A stretch of DNA of 50,586 nucleotides from an uncultured Acidobacteriota bacterium (GCA_963713825.1 CAVQNG010000010.1:1-50586); one strand, 5' to 3'; counted from the first letter of the stretch, positions 18,212 through 30,144 are shown. A program made the numbers and translations. Notes: generated by a model not told the origin, from the sequence alone.

Positions 18212-19126
18212 ATGCGTTTCGGAGGACATGAGACCTTTGCCATTCGCGAAGGTTGGCTCCACAAGGGACTCAAGCTCCTTGTTGAAGAGCCACAGAGGCT
18301 AGTGGACGAGCACTCTGCTGACTGGCTCGGGGTGGGCAAGAATATGGCCAAGTCCATCCGCCACTGGCTCCACGCAACCGGCCTCTCTCAGCCTTCCGGC
18401 AAAGATGGGAGGAAGGTACTCTTCGAGGCCACAGACTTTGGAGGGTTGATCTACGAGGCTGACCCATATTTCATGGAACCCGGCACCTGGTGGGCGATTC
18501 ACGTCCACCTGGTCAGCAACCCCAACCAGGCAGCCAGTTGGTCGTGGTTCTTCAATGGTTTCAACCTGCCTCGATTCGAGCGGGCCACTTGCTTCGGGGC
18601 CCTCCAGAATCACCTGGAACTCACTCAACGTCGACCACCAAGCCTTCGGACCCTCCAACGAGACATTGCCTGCCTCCTAAACACCTATTCCAAAACAGTG
18701 CCCATCGAGGTCACCGACCCGGAAGAAGGCAAGATTTGCCCGCTAACCGAACTGGGATTGCTTCGCCACTTCCGAGTATCGGGCTTCTATCAAGTCAATC
18801 GAAACAGGAAGGACATTCCGTCTCACCTACTTGGCTACTGTGTCTCAAGAGATGAAGGGCTACGCTCCCTTGCAGCGACTACAAAGTCGATTGAGCTTAC
18901 ATTTCAACAGGCCGCCCATCAGCCAAATTCTCCAGGACGTGTATTCGCCTTGTCTACCGAGTCGCTATTTGACTATGTCGTGAGTATTGAGGCCCAAGAC
19001 GATAGCGACATTTCGATCTCAGGGCTGGCAGGTGACCGAATCCTGAAAGTCCGTTCGCGACCCCCTCTCGAATGGCTCACCGCCTACTTTGAAGTCGCCA
19101 TCGCTGGAGAACGCGATGCGGCGTGA
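18212..19126 (+). CDS. sspB: DUF4007 protein (SspB-like)
   Basis: MRFGGHETFAIREGWLHKG...LGVGKNMAKSIRHWL...DPYF...CPLTELGL. Confidence 0.85.
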   Translation: MRFGGHETFAIREGWLHKGLKLLVEEPQRLVDEHSADWLGVGKNMAKSIRHWLHATGLSQPSGKDGRKVLFEATDFGGLIYEADPYFMEPGTWWAIHVHLVSNPNQAASWSWFFNGFNLPRFERATCFGALQNHLELTQRRPPSLRTLQRDIACLLNTYSKTVPIEVTDPEEGKICPLTELGLLRHFRVSGFYQVNRNRKDIPSHLLGYCVSRDEGLRSLAATTKSIELTFQQAAHQPNSPGRVFALSTESLFDYVVSIEAQDDSDISISGLAGDRILKVRSRPPLEWLTAYFEVAIAGERDAA

Positions 19127-22100
19127 AGTCCGCGAGACAAGAGGAACCTCCTCACCTCTGGAAGCGCAGGCCTTCCTGCGCTCGATCAATCTTCGCTACG
19201 ACGCAAAACATGCAGATCGAATAGGGCACTTCCAGCCTACAGCCAAGACAGTTGGCTTGGTTCGGCAACTCTTGGGAGAGGACTCATCCGAGAGAGCCCT
19301 TCTAGTAGTCGCCCCCTACGGTTCCGGGAAGTCATTAGCTGCGTCCTATGTGTTGCAGCTGACTGAGAACAGAATAGACGCAGAAAATTCACTCGTGGCA
19401 ATAGAGCAGAGGCTGAAGCCTGTAAGTCCAGACCTGGCGAAGTTCGCTAGAAGGCGACGAACTAAGAGGGGCGCAGGGTTCGTCCTCGCCTTGCATGGGT
19501 ATCAACCATCCATCGGAGAGGCACTTAAAGGGGCTGCCTCCGACAGCATGCGCCGTCAGAAGCAGGGTCGAAGGGCTAGAACAATTGAGGGTTTGCCGAC
19601 CGGGACCCCCGACGAGGTAGTCCACCTCCTGTCGGTACTGCAAAAGAAGGCTACAGATGCGGGGCGAGACCGCATTGTCATTCTTTGGGACGAGTTTGGA
19701 AGGCACCTAGAGGGGCTACTGGCCGACGGACGCGCCAGTGAACTTCTTCTAATTCAGCAACTCGCCGAGTTTGCCAGCCGGACCAGCAACCAAGTCCCCA
19801 TCACCTTGGGCCTTCTACTTCACCGAAACCTTCTGAACTACGCAGCAAGTTTGCCGCACTCCGTTCGGTCGGAGTGGAAGAAAATCGAGGGACGATTCCA
19901 CACGATTCAATACGTTGACGACAGCAAAGAGATCCATCGGTTGATCACGGAAATCCTCTCGTCAAGGTTCCGAAACGGCCAGGCTCCTCGACCCAAGGGC
20001 TTTTCGAGTCTTGCGAGGAGGGCGCGACAGCTTGGACTCTTCTCTGACTACTCGGAAAAGGAGTTGACCGATCTACTTGCCAAGGGTTACCCAATTGAGC
20101 CGACAACTCTTCATCTTCTCCCTCGACTATCGGCCCGGGTAGCACAGAACGAAAGAACACTCTTCAGCTTTCTTTTTGGGGTTGACCCCGACCGAGCTAT
20201 TACACCCTCAGTTCTATACGACTACTTTTCCAGCGAAATGCAGTCCGATTCCACTGTTGGAGGCACATACAAACAGTGGCTCGAGACGCAGAGTGCGATC
20301 TCGAAAACCGCCGATGACCCGAAGGCGGTTGCCGCCCTGAAGACAGCCTGCCTGCTCGGCCTCGGCTTGAGTGGAGAAAGATCCAGAGCGGGCAAGAATC
20401 ACCTGCTCTTTGCTCTTGGCGGCCTCGAGGCCACCTCCAGTGGTGAGGTGGTGGTGGAAAGCCTGATTGACAAGAAACTCCTGCTACACCGCCAACATAG
20501 TGATGAGGTTGCAGTTTGGCACGGTACCGATCTCGATCTTCGCGGCCGGCTTCAAGAAGAAGAGCATCGACTCAAAGAGCATTTCGAGATCATTGATTTC
20601 TTGACCCGAGAAGTCCCTCCACCGACCTGGAAGCCTCTGAGATACAACGACCAGTTCCACGTTCGCAGATACGCCACTTCAACGTACATCTCTCTGGGTG
20701 AGTTGAAGCGCAACCTGCAACTTGAGTCGCACAACCATGTGACGCCGCCGGGCTGCGACGCGAGAGTCCTGTACTTGGTGCCAACCTCTCCGGTGGAACT
20801 AGAGGAAGCCGAGTCGGTCATTCGAGATGGACTCAAGAACAATCGTCTTCTGGTAGCGATTCCACGAGGGGAGCTGAATCTGTTCGGAGCAGCGCTCGAG
20901 GTTGCTGCGATCCAACACATGCAGGTCGATTCAGAGTTGCTCGAGTCTGACCCGCTTGCTGCAGCTGAACTTCAGCAAATGAGCGACGACAGTCGTGATC
21001 ACCTGGACAGAATGGCGGAAGGCCTTACGAACCCCTCCGATACGGGTTGTCGGTGGTTCTACCAGGGCAACGAGTTGACCATACACTCGCCAAAGGCACT
21101 TCGTGGTCAGCTATCAGAGGTGATGGAGCAGGTATTTCCGAGCAGTCCCAAAATCCGCAACGAGATGATCGTTCGGCGAAACCCGTCAGCTATCTTGGTG
21201 AATGCTCGCAAGAAGCTCCTGCTTGGAATACTCGACCGGACAGGTGAGGAGAATCTAGGGATCATCGGGAACTTCCCTGATGCATCGATGTTCCGCACTG
21301 TGCTTTTCAACACCGGCATCTATAGGCAGTCAACCAATGGCCTCTGGGGCTACTCAATGCCGGAGTGCATTGAGGACGAAGGGTTGCAGGCCGTCTGGCA
21401 GGAGATCAGAGACTTCCTCTCTCTTCCAAACGAGCAATTCAAGAAATTCGAAGATCTCTTCGACAGACTTGCGAGCCCCCCCTTCGGAGTGCGCGCAGGG
21501 GTCCTTCCTATTCTCCTCGCCGCCGGGCTAAAGGCCTTCCCCTCAGCAACTACTCTCTTGCGAGGTGGAGAGTACGTGCCAGATATTCTTCCCTCAGTCA
21601 TCGAGCACCTCTGCAAGCACCCTCAGAGCTATAACCTGAAGGTCCTTGATCTTGATACATCCACCAAGTCATACCTTGGAGAGGTGAGCAAGATCCTAGG
21701 AGAGGGATCCGATGTTGAAACCTACGAATCGGATCTACTCAGAAGGGCTTTCGAAGCTTGGGAAAGCTGGAAAGCAACATTGCCTGTAGGTGCGCGAACC
21801 ACCCGCCTTATTTCAGAGCGAACCAGGAAGCTCCAGGATCTACTTGGTCGCCGACTAGAGCCAGCTGAGCTGTTCTTGGCAAGGTTTCCGGATGCGATGG
21901 GTTGTGACGGCAGCAGTGACCCGACACTAACCAAGAAAATCAAGATGTCGCTGCACGAACTAGAAACTATTGCTGATCAGTATGCCGCCGCCGCCTCGAC
22001 GACTCTAAAGAGAAAGCTCGGCATGGGCGAGGCTTCGGAGAAGGACTCTGCCAGGAGAGTAGCTGAGACATGGGCAGACCTCTTCCCCACCGATCTTGCG

Positions 22101-22466
22101 CCTATGCTTCCCGACCCATCGGCAAGAGCTCTCATGAATCTAAGCATGAGACCATACCGCTCAGACAGCCAACTTGTGAATGCTCTTTCCAGCGTATTAA
22201 TTGCCAAACCTCTGAGTGCTTGGGACGACAGGTCTCTTCTAGATTTCGAACAACAGCTCAATGCTGCGGTTCAAGGAATCGAAGACCACGCCCTCACGAT
22301 GGTATTGGAAGGACCGCAAGCAACAAGGCAAGAAGCACGATCTGCATTGGGGAATATCTTGAAGAGGCGAATTGCCCGATCCTTTGGTATCTTGGGTGAG
22401 ATCCTTGGCGAATCTGAGGCCAGGACCTTCATTCAATCACTCGACGACCACCCGTCAGAGGACTAG
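19116..22466 (+). CDS. sspC: Large P-loop ATPase (SspC/BrxC-like)
   Basis: APYGSGKS, ILWDEFGRHLE, QNERTLFSFL, PPFGVRAG; lies between DUF4007 and the PAPS reductase. Confidence 0.8.
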   Translation: MRREVRETRGTSSPLEAQAFLRSINLRYDAKHADRIGHFQPTAKTVGLVRQLLGEDSSERALLVVAPYGSGKSLAASYVLQLTENRIDAENSLVAIEQRLKPVSPDLAKFARRRRTKRGAGFVLALHGYQPSIGEALKGAASDSMRRQKQGRRARTIEGLPTGTPDEVVHLLSVLQKKATDAGRDRIVILWDEFGRHLEGLLADGRASELLLIQQLAEFASRTSNQVPITLGLLLHRNLLNYAASLPHSVRSEWKKIEGRFHTIQYVDDSKEIHRLITEILSSRFRNGQAPRPKGFSSLARRARQLGLFSDYSEKELTDLLAKGYPIEPTTLHLLPRLSARVAQNERTLFSFLFGVDPDRAITPSVLYDYFSSEMQSDSTVGGTYKQWLETQSAISKTADDPKAVAALKTACLLGLGLSGERSRAGKNHLLFALGGLEATSSGEVVVESLIDKKLLLHRQHSDEVAVWHGTDLDLRGRLQEEEHRLKEHFEIIDFLTREVPPPTWKPLRYNDQFHVRRYATSTYISLGELKRNLQLESHNHVTPPGCDARVLYLVPTSPVELEEAESVIRDGLKNNRLLVAIPRGELNLFGAALEVAAIQHMQVDSELLESDPLAAAELQQMSDDSRDHLDRMAEGLTNPSDTGCRWFYQGNELTIHSPKALRGQLSEVMEQVFPSSPKIRNEMIVRRNPSAILVNARKKLLLGILDRTGEENLGIIGNFPDASMFRTVLFNTGIYRQSTNGLWGYSMPECIEDEGLQAVWQEIRDFLSLPNEQFKKFEDLFDRLASPPFGVRAGVLPILLAAGLKAFPSATTLLRGGEYVPDILPSVIEHLCKHPQSYNLKVLDLDTSTKSYLGEVSKILGEGSDVETYESDLLRRAFEAWESWKATLPVGARTTRLISERTRKLQDLLGRRLEPAELFLARFPDAMGCDGSSDPTLTKKIKMSLHELETIADQYAAAASTTLKRKLGMGEASEKDSARRVAETWADLFPTDLAPMLPDPSARALMNLSMRPYRSDSQLVNALSSVLIAKPLSAWDDRSLLDFEQQLNAAVQGIEDHALTMVLEGPQATRQEARSALGNILKRRIARSFGILGEILGESEARTFIQSLDDHPSED

Positions 22467-22469
22467 TTC

Positions 22470-23288
22470 ATGGCATCACTCCAAGAAGCCCTCAATTCGG
22501 TGGGCGACGTCTCGATACGGCATATCGTCAGCCTGTCCGGTGGTAAGGACTCAGCGGCGCTTGCCGTCTACATGCAGGACAAGTACCCACAGATTTCTTC
22601 GGAGTATGTCTTCTGCGACACCGGGGCAGAGTTGGAAGAGACCTATGAGTATCTCGAACGACTTGAGGCAGTCCTGGGAGCCCCGATCAAGCGCCTTTCA
22701 GCGCTGGACCTTCCGAAAGTCGCAGCCATCAAGAAGCCTGGGAGGTCTGCTTTCGACATCGTACTCAATGAGATATACGGCGGTTATTTGCCCAACCCTC
22801 GGGCCCGCTGGTGCACACGGATTCTCAAGATCGAGCCGTTCGAGCACTATGTCGGAAGCGATAGGGCTTTCAGCTATATCGGAATACGCGGTGACGAGGA
22901 TAGAGACGGGTACTCTTCGAAAAAGCCCCCAGTCCTGTCACAGCGCCCCAACGTCCTTCCTGTCTATCCATTCAAAGACGATGGGATCGGCCTCTCAGAC
23001 GTAAGGATCTTGTTGGAGAACTCTGGCCTAGGCCTTCCAAGCTACTACCGCTGGAGGTCTCGATCAGGCTGTTACTTCTGCTTTTATCAGCAGATGGGAG
23101 AATGGCAGCGCCTCAAGGATAACCACCCAGATCTTTTTCAGTCCGCAAAGACCTATGAGAAGGAGTCCGGCGAACACCGATTCACCTGGATCGAACGTCG
23201 ATCCCTGTCTGAACTCGAGAAGATCGAAAAACGGTATCCACTCCCAGTGGTCGACGAAGCTGATGGCTGCGCAATATGTCACCTGTAG
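22470..23288 (+). CDS. sspD: PAPS-reductase family protein (SspD/DndC-like)
   Basis: PP-loop SLSGGKDS, FCDTG, RWCT, RSRSGCYFCFYQ, C-terminal CAICHL. Confidence 0.85.
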   Translation: MASLQEALNSVGDVSIRHIVSLSGGKDSAALAVYMQDKYPQISSEYVFCDTGAELEETYEYLERLEAVLGAPIKRLSALDLPKVAAIKKPGRSAFDIVLNEIYGGYLPNPRARWCTRILKIEPFEHYVGSDRAFSYIGIRGDEDRDGYSSKKPPVLSQRPNVLPVYPFKDDGIGLSDVRILLENSGLGLPSYYRWRSRSGCYFCFYQQMGEWQRLKDNHPDLFQSAKTYEKESGEHRFTWIERRSLSELEKIEKRYPLPVVDEADGCAICHL

Positions 23289-23328
23289 AGCTGAAAAGGA
23301 CGTTCTAATCTGAGCCGGACGTCTACTG

Positions 23329-23961
23329 ATGAACAATCCTGAACTCAAGACAAAGTGGCACCAAGTGCTGGGAGCTGACCTCGAGGACGCTTTTGACAGA
23401 GGGGAGGGCCTAGAGGAACTAATCCCCGCTTGCCAGGCGATCTATGTGTGGAGGAGGAGCTTCCGGCCTCCCACTGGAGTTACGAGGAGCCCGGCCCAGT
23501 TCGCTGAGTGGATCGAGAGGAACAACTCGATCCCCTTTGCTCTTATTCAAGATAAGGAGCTCACCCATTTCGCTCGCTTGACTGAGCTAGTTCTAGGTGG
23601 CGGGGGATTAACTCCTGATAAGACCGAGACTCTTGGAGAATTTCTAAGGACTGAGAAGAGAAGGCGCTGGATGGCTAGATTCATGCGATCACTCCGTGAA
23701 TTTGCACCACCACTTTATGTCGGAGAAACTCACGACCTTCAGCGCCGTGCAAGAGATCACCTCAAAGGGGAGACCAACCTTGGCAACGCCCTCTCTGAGG
23801 GCCTTGGCCTAACATGGGCCGATTTGGAGCTGCTCTACTGGAACTTGGGCTCAAGGAAGACGACTGATCAGGACAGCGCCTCACTCAAATCGCAACGCAC
23901 CCTTTTCGAGATGATCACTACAAGATCGACAGTGGCTGGATTCGTAATTCGATCTGGATAA
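23329..23961 (+). CDS. GIY-YIG-like nuclease
   Basis: AIYVW ... LYVGETHDLQRRARDH ... late conserved Glu; widely spaced motif halves. Confidence 0.6.
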   Translation: MNNPELKTKWHQVLGADLEDAFDRGEGLEELIPACQAIYVWRRSFRPPTGVTRSPAQFAEWIERNNSIPFALIQDKELTHFARLTELVLGGGGLTPDKTETLGEFLRTEKRRRWMARFMRSLREFAPPLYVGETHDLQRRARDHLKGETNLGNALSEGLGLTWADLELLYWNLGSRKTTDQDSASLKSQRTLFEMITTRSTVAGFVIRSG

Positions 23962-23979
23962 TCTGCAGGAGTGTCCATA

Positions 23980-26042
23980 ATGCCAACGCCATCAGCGTCA
24001 ATTGGAGTGCCAACCACACCCAGTTTCGACTTTCTCTTCGGAAAGTTTGACCTTCTCGGTTTGGACGATTCCGTATTTCTCGACAACGATGAGTCTGAAA
24101 CAGGCAGCAACGTACCTGAGACTCGTGAACGAGCTTGCTGGCGCTGAGAATCGATCGTGGCGGCTAGAAGAGCTGTTTCAGCGAGACCTGAACTGGCCGA
24201 GAGTAGAACGCCAGATTGTTCCATACCTCAATACAGTCGAACGCCCTCAGTTCTTCAACTCTTTGACTGTCGCTTTGCTGCCACAAAAGGGGAACGAGTT
24301 GCAGCCAAGCTTCGACGAGGATGGCTGGGCCCCTCCGGAAGTACCTGCCGTGAAGTACGGAAAGAACTTTCCCATAGGGCCAATTCTCTGCAGCTACTGG
24401 GAGGATTGGAGTCACGTGTCCGAACCTCAAGCCAAGCTCGGGCAAGTTCGTTGGAACCCAGATGAGGTTTTTAGCGTTGCCATAGATGGTCAACATCGCC
24501 TTGCTGCGATCCAAAGATTCGCAGAGACATCGGGTAACGAAGAGGGATTAACGCAGACTCATGTGCCGATAATCCTGCTAATACTCGATGAGCGCCTTGG
24601 ATATCGGAGTCCCACTGGTCAGTCGGTCATCGAGGTTCTTCGCACTCTCTTCATAGACCTAAATAAACACTCAGAGAAGGTTAGCCGAGCAAGACAGATT
24701 CTGCTCGACGATAGAGACCCTCATTCACTTTGTGTAAGGGCTCTTGTTGGTGAGGAACTCAAGGATGGATCGGATGAACTGCTTTGCGAACCTTCTAGTT
24801 TACCCTTGAATCTCATCGACTGGCATACGGAACAAGCTCGGTTCGACGATGGCCCATACATTTCCACGATCCTCGGCTTGGACTGGCTTGTTGCTCAAGC
24901 TCTTGGAAGCAAGCCGATTAGGGACTACATGGACTACAGTCAAATCAGGCGCCAGATTAGGTCGTTCCGCAAATCGCTGGGGGTTTCACTGAGTGAAGCT
25001 GAAAAACGACTCAAAGAGCTCGAAGAGCTTGAATGGAGGCCTTTTAGCTATCGGGGAGAATCGAATGAAAACGAGCTGAAGGTAATTCAGAAGGCCTTTT
25101 CGGAAGTGTGGGCTCCGGGAATCGTGCGGATTCTCACCACGTTCCTGCCCTATAGGACGCTAATTGCGGAACGAAAAACCAGCGGTTCCCTGACTAGCGA
25201 GTTCGTTAGCTGGTTCTACCTCTTCACAAGAAAGGAAGAGGAGAAGTTCGGTGGAGAGGCAACCGAAGAGTACAAGAGGATTCTCGGCCGACTTGCGAAT
25301 CGAGACATCCCGCTATCAGAGAATCAGATGGACTTCAAACTCGAACGAGCTGAGGGTGTGAAATCTGAGAACCTCGCGTTCAACGTTGTGTTTCAAAGGG
25401 CGCTATTCCTGGCATTCATCGAGTTCCTCAAGATCGACTCCGACCATTTGGAAGAGCTCGCACCTGAAGACGATGACGACGGGATCCTCGATGAGATCGA
25501 AGAGTATGAAGATGATGATGACACCGAGGAAGACCTCGATAATACCCTTTGGTCAACTGTCGGCGGCAAGGCCTCGCTCAACTACGAGAGGGCTGAGCAG
25601 TTTGTTGAGGCACTGAACCGGGTTGTAGAACACCGCCCTGAATTTCTTGATAAAGATTGCCCTTTCGATCGAGAAGACGGCAATGAAGATCCACTCTGGG
25701 CAGGGATGCTACGTTCCTCGGAGGGGCCGATTGATTTCACGCTAGGAGCCTCCAGACGATCGAAGGAGCCGATCTACTGGGCAGCGGTCTGCTGATCTAT
25801 GTTCCGACAGCGGCGACGAAGCGATGGAAAGTGAATTCGACGACTTCTGGGCGCAAGTTAGAGAAAGTGACAAACTGCTTCACAAGAAACTCCGTAGATC
25901 GATAGATAGGTTCTTTACCCACTCGGAGAGTTCTTCAGCGGCACGTATTCTTGCAGGTACTGGGAGAGAGTACTCTCAGGAACTTGCGGAAGATGAAGCA
26001 AGAGATCGACTGAGGTGGGTGTTTGAGGCAATCAGGGCGTAG
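23980..26042 (+). CDS. DGQHR/DndB-family (ParB-like) protein; frameshifts near 24050 and 25790
   Basis: LFQRDL, FFNSLTVAL, IDGQHR, LFIDLNK; AGGAG then ATG 23980; ORFs 24002..25795 and 25824..26042 join across a shift. Confidence 0.8.
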
Positions 26043-26113
26043 CTAGAACCTGACGTAGGTGTTGCACGCCCAGTCACTTCGCTGGGCTCTGCCATGAGTC
26101 CTGCATTCAACAA

Positions 26114-27495
26114 ATGCCTCCAAGAAGATCTGCCACGGATCACGACCGGTTTCTTAAAGGCCCTCTATCCAGGAGCAGCTTGAGCTCTGAGCAAGCGAGA
26201 GAGGACTACAGGTCCAGAAGAACTAAGCAGGGGAAGGTCAGCACTCAGCCATCAGATTCTGCGGACAGCTCTACGCTCCCGGCCGCTGTAGACCTTAAGC
26301 ACCCTGGGACAGGCTTCTTGTTCAAGTATCAAAGAGAGCTCGTCGATGTTGCTCTCGAGCTCCTCTCAGGAAAGCTCCCCAAGAAAGCCGGATTAATGGC
26401 TCTGCCTACAGGAGGAGGAAAGACCCGCACCGCTTCCTGGTCTGTGCTTGAAGGATTGAGAGCTGAACTCATTTCAAGTGTTCTCTGGACAGCTCCAACC
26501 CGAGAGCTGCTCGACCAGGCATTCGAGACCTTTCTAGAGCTGTGGGCGTTTTCCCAGCTGTTGATCAACTTCGAATAGAAAGGTGCTATGTCTCTCGAAA
26601 AATAGAAAGACATCCGTTCGCATCTGTCTACTTTGCCACCCCACAGATGATCGCCAGCCGATTGAGGAGCAAGAGAGGTTCCGCCTCCTGGCCGGAAATC
26701 GACCTCGTCGTCTTCGATGAGGCCCACCACGCATCTGCACCGCAGTTCATGGAAGCAATCAAGGCTGTGAGAGCATCAAAACAAGGATCCAGGGCAGTCA
26801 TGCTTGGGCTCTCCGCAACTCCTGGCCGGTCCCAAGAGGCCGAAACGGAGGGACTCGTAGCTCTGTTTCGGCGCCAACTAATCGTAAGCAAGCAACTGGG
26901 AAAGAGGCCCGTCGAAGCGCTGCAAGACCTCGGAGTGCTTGCAAGATTGGACTTCGAGAGGATCGAGCTTGAAAGGTCCTGGCCCGGCACGGTGATGGAG
27001 CATGCCAGTCAACGCCGCCTTCCTATTAGTGAACTTGAAACAAATGTATATCGTTTCGATGCCGCTGTGAGAGCAATACTGAAAGTCGGTTCTACCGACC
27101 GCGTATTGGTCTTCACTGGCAGCATCGATCATGCCGAAGCTCTGGGTGCAGTTCTTCGGTCGCACGGCTTGAAGGCGGAGGCGATTTCGTCACGAACGGG
27201 ATTGGATGAGCGAGACAGGATCCTGCGCAGTTTCCAGGCAGGAAAGATCCATGTCCTGCTGAACAAGAAACTCCTCGCTACGGGATACGACTGCCCTGCC
27301 GTGCGCCACGCTTTTCTAACAGTACCTATTGGGTCCGCCATACTCTTCGAACAAATAGTGGGGAGAGCTTCAAGGGGGCCTGCTGTTGGGGGAAACCCAC
27401 GCGGGACTATCTGGGAGATTGACAACAATCTTAGAATCAATGGCTACCCATCCTCATACTACAGATTCCGAGATTTTGACTGGCTTTCGGCATAA
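26114..27495 (+). CDS. SF2 DEAD/DEAH (ResIII-like) helicase; frameshift near 26560
   Basis: LPTGGGKT in ORF 26114..26578; DEAHH, GLSATP, LATGYDCP and QIVGRASR in ORF 26542..27495. Confidence 0.85.
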
Positions 27496-27568
27496 TCAAG
27501 CCATTTGAGCTTGGAAGCAAGGGGAGACACAGGTCATCGCCAAGCAGCGAGCAGCCAGCATTCAGCGA

Positions 27569-29001
27569 GTGAAGACCGCAATTAGGCGGTCTTCACTATC
27601 AAAACCAATACGAGCTGCTCTCGAATTGAATCTACTCTCGCAGGAACGCTCGGTCTTGGATTTCGGTTGTGGCAGAGGCGACGACGTCAAGGCTCTCCGA
27701 GCTCTCGGATATTCATGTGTTGGGTGGGATCCGGCCTACCCCGTAGAAGATGATCCGCAGCCTGCGGATATTGTAAATTTAGGATACGTTCTAAACGTAA
27801 TCGAGAACCCAGCAGAGCGGGAGGAGTCTTGCTCCGCGCTTGGGCGTTGGCCCGGAAGCTGCTGATAGTCGCGGTTAGAACAACTCTGGAACTCAAGAAG
27901 CAAGTTCTTTCGCCATATAGCGACGGCTTTCTGACCTCGACGGGCACATTTCAGAAGTTCTATTCACCAGGCGAGCTTGGACAATGGATTGAAAGCCGGC
28001 TGGGGCCCAACCTTGGCTCGCCAGCGGCCCCTGGTGTCTTTCTCGCATTCAAGGACAAAAGAGAGCGGCAGAGGTTCCTAGCGTCTCAGTTTAGGCGCAA
28101 GAGAGGACCTTCTCGTCGAGAGATAGAGAAGGCGGTATTTGAGCACCACAAGACCTTGCTTGAGCCCCTAATGCTCTTTGTTCAGGCGCGCGGCCGGCTT
28201 CCTGGTCCCAAGGAGATCCCTGAATCGATCAAGATTCAGAACATCTTTGGCTCAGTGGCAAGAGCCTTCTCAGCCGTGACGGCAGCTACTGGCCCCGAGA
28301 TTTGGGGACAGATTCGCGACGAGCGGATTGTTGACCTCGTCGTATATCTGGCACTTGACCGATTCGGTGGCCGCCCGCGGCTCTCTGACCTAGCGCCCGA
28401 GCTACAGTTAGACATTAGGGCACTGTTTAGCTCATACAAGCGAGCTTGCCAAATAGCCGACGAGGCCCTCTTTGCCGCAGGGAAGACATCGGCAATTGAT
28501 GCTGCATGCCGGCAAGCAACCCATGGAAAGATCACGCTAGAGGCTTTGTATGTGCACTCAGAGTCAATCGAGGAGCTTCCGCCAATCCTGCGGATCTACG
28601 AAGGGTGTGCTCGCGTTCTCGTTGGGAGTGTCGAAGGAGCGAATGTTCTGAAACTGAACAGAGTGAAGCCACGAGTCTCCTATCTCTCCTACAGGGACTT
28701 CGATCGCGACCCTCACCCACAGCTCCAAGGTTCCCTTGTCGTCGACCTTCGGAAGCTGGACCTCAACTACTGGGATTACACCGATTCAGAGAATCCATTC
28801 ATTCTGCATAGGAAGGACTTACTCGTCCCTGATAGCTATCCTTTGAAGAAGAGATTCGAACGCCTAACTCGTCAAGAAGAAAGGCGTGGGCTGTATGACT
28901 CTGGCACTCCAATTGGTACGGCTAAGGATTGGAGTGAGCTCCTCCGGAGTAAGGGGCTACAGCAACGAGGGCATCAGATTGTCAGGCTTTCGGGCCAATA
29001 G
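27569..29001 (+). CDS. DNA phosphorothioation-associated putative methyltransferase; frameshift near 27830
   Basis: KTAIRRSSLSKPI, LDFGCGRGDD, VNLGYVLNVIE, TGTFQKFY, LRIYEGCA, NPFILHRKD. Confidence 0.85.
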
Positions 29002-29046
29002 ATGTGCTACTCCGGACACTGAGCAATTAGTTGGGAAGCACAGCCG

Positions 29047-29496
29047 ATGAAAATATACATTGCCTCCCATTCGCGAGAGAACGCTCTGGAACTTGCTGAA
29101 AAGCTCAATGAGCGGGGACATACCGTCACTTCTCGCTGGATCTGGCTCGACACCAAGTTCCACATGGGGATGCGAGCCTACTCTGCCTCCGAGCGCTCAG
29201 ACCTTGCGACGATGGATGAAGAAGATGTAAGAGCAGCAGTTGATGGCGTGGTGGTGATTGCGGAACCTGAGGGCCGAATGGTGCCAGGCGGAAAGCACGT
29301 TGAATCGGGAATTGCCCTCGGCCTAGGACGATCATTGTGCGTGATCGGGCGACGAGAGAATGTCTTCCATTGGCACCCGAAGGTCAGGGTGTTTCGCGAT
29401 TCGGGGGAGTATCTGCGTCATCTGGTAGAGCTTCAGAAGACTCAGGATTCCGACTTGAATCAGGGATTGGAGCGGCCGGAATCCGCGCCTGACTGA
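29047..29496 (+). CDS. Nucleoside 2-deoxyribosyltransferase-like protein
   Basis: MKIYIAS...DEEDVRAA...GGKHVESGIALGLG...ENVFHW pattern. Confidence 0.7.
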   Translation: MKIYIASHSRENALELAEKLNERGHTVTSRWIWLDTKFHMGMRAYSASERSDLATMDEEDVRAAVDGVVVIAEPEGRMVPGGKHVESGIALGLGRSLCVIGRRENVFHWHPKVRVFRDSGEYLRHLVELQKTQDSDLNQGLERPESAPD

Positions 29497-30144
29497 GTAT
29501 GGGCTCACCCAGAGGGGCTTGTAAGACTTCAACCTCCCCGTTGGTTACCTCTGACCTGCCTTGATTGCACTTCAAAGACACTGTGCACGAAAGTACGATG
29601 CCTGCGATGAAACCCAGCAGGGCTGTGCCTTGGATCATCACTCGAATCCAGATCCACACCTTCGTCGCGCAATGAAGCCCTCGTCCCAGACCCCTCAGCG
29701 AGCGCTCAAGGTCTGGGTCGATTCTTGCCAGGCCGATTTGCTCCTTGAGCTCTCCCCCACCGACCACACGTGATCCCCATCGGGGAAGATGTACCGACGC
29801 TCCATGGTCTCTAGAACTCTGTTCGCCCTCTTGACAAAGGCCAACATTCGGTAGTCGAAGACTACAAACGCAAGGGTGGTTACAATACCGAAGGCGCACA
29901 GGCTAATGGCCAACGAGACTAGGCACTCTCTGAGCGCAACCGCATACCCACCTGCAAGCACTCCGACCAGAACGACGAAGTAGTTGAGAAAGAGCATCCT
30001 CTGCCGGGCTGCGGACTCGAAGTACTTCCAAGCGTAGTCGAGCTTGATCTCCAGAAGCCGATAGGGGTCCCCGCATGAACCCGAACTAGACCGGGCAGGG
30101 TCATCAGGTTTCTGCGAATCATGCAATCTTAAGCCTCCTCCCAA
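29384..30144 (-). CDS. Membrane protein (2-3 TM); frameshift near 29755
   Basis: DYAWKYFESAARQRMLFLNYFVVL plus two hydrophobic helices; third helix in ORF 29384..29899; start uncertain. Confidence 0.55.

Noticed and set aside
16750-23288. BREX type 4 or canonical dndABCDE call
   Set aside because: No PglZ or BrxL; the gene set and order fit an Ssp-type core, and the PAPS reductase is short for DndC
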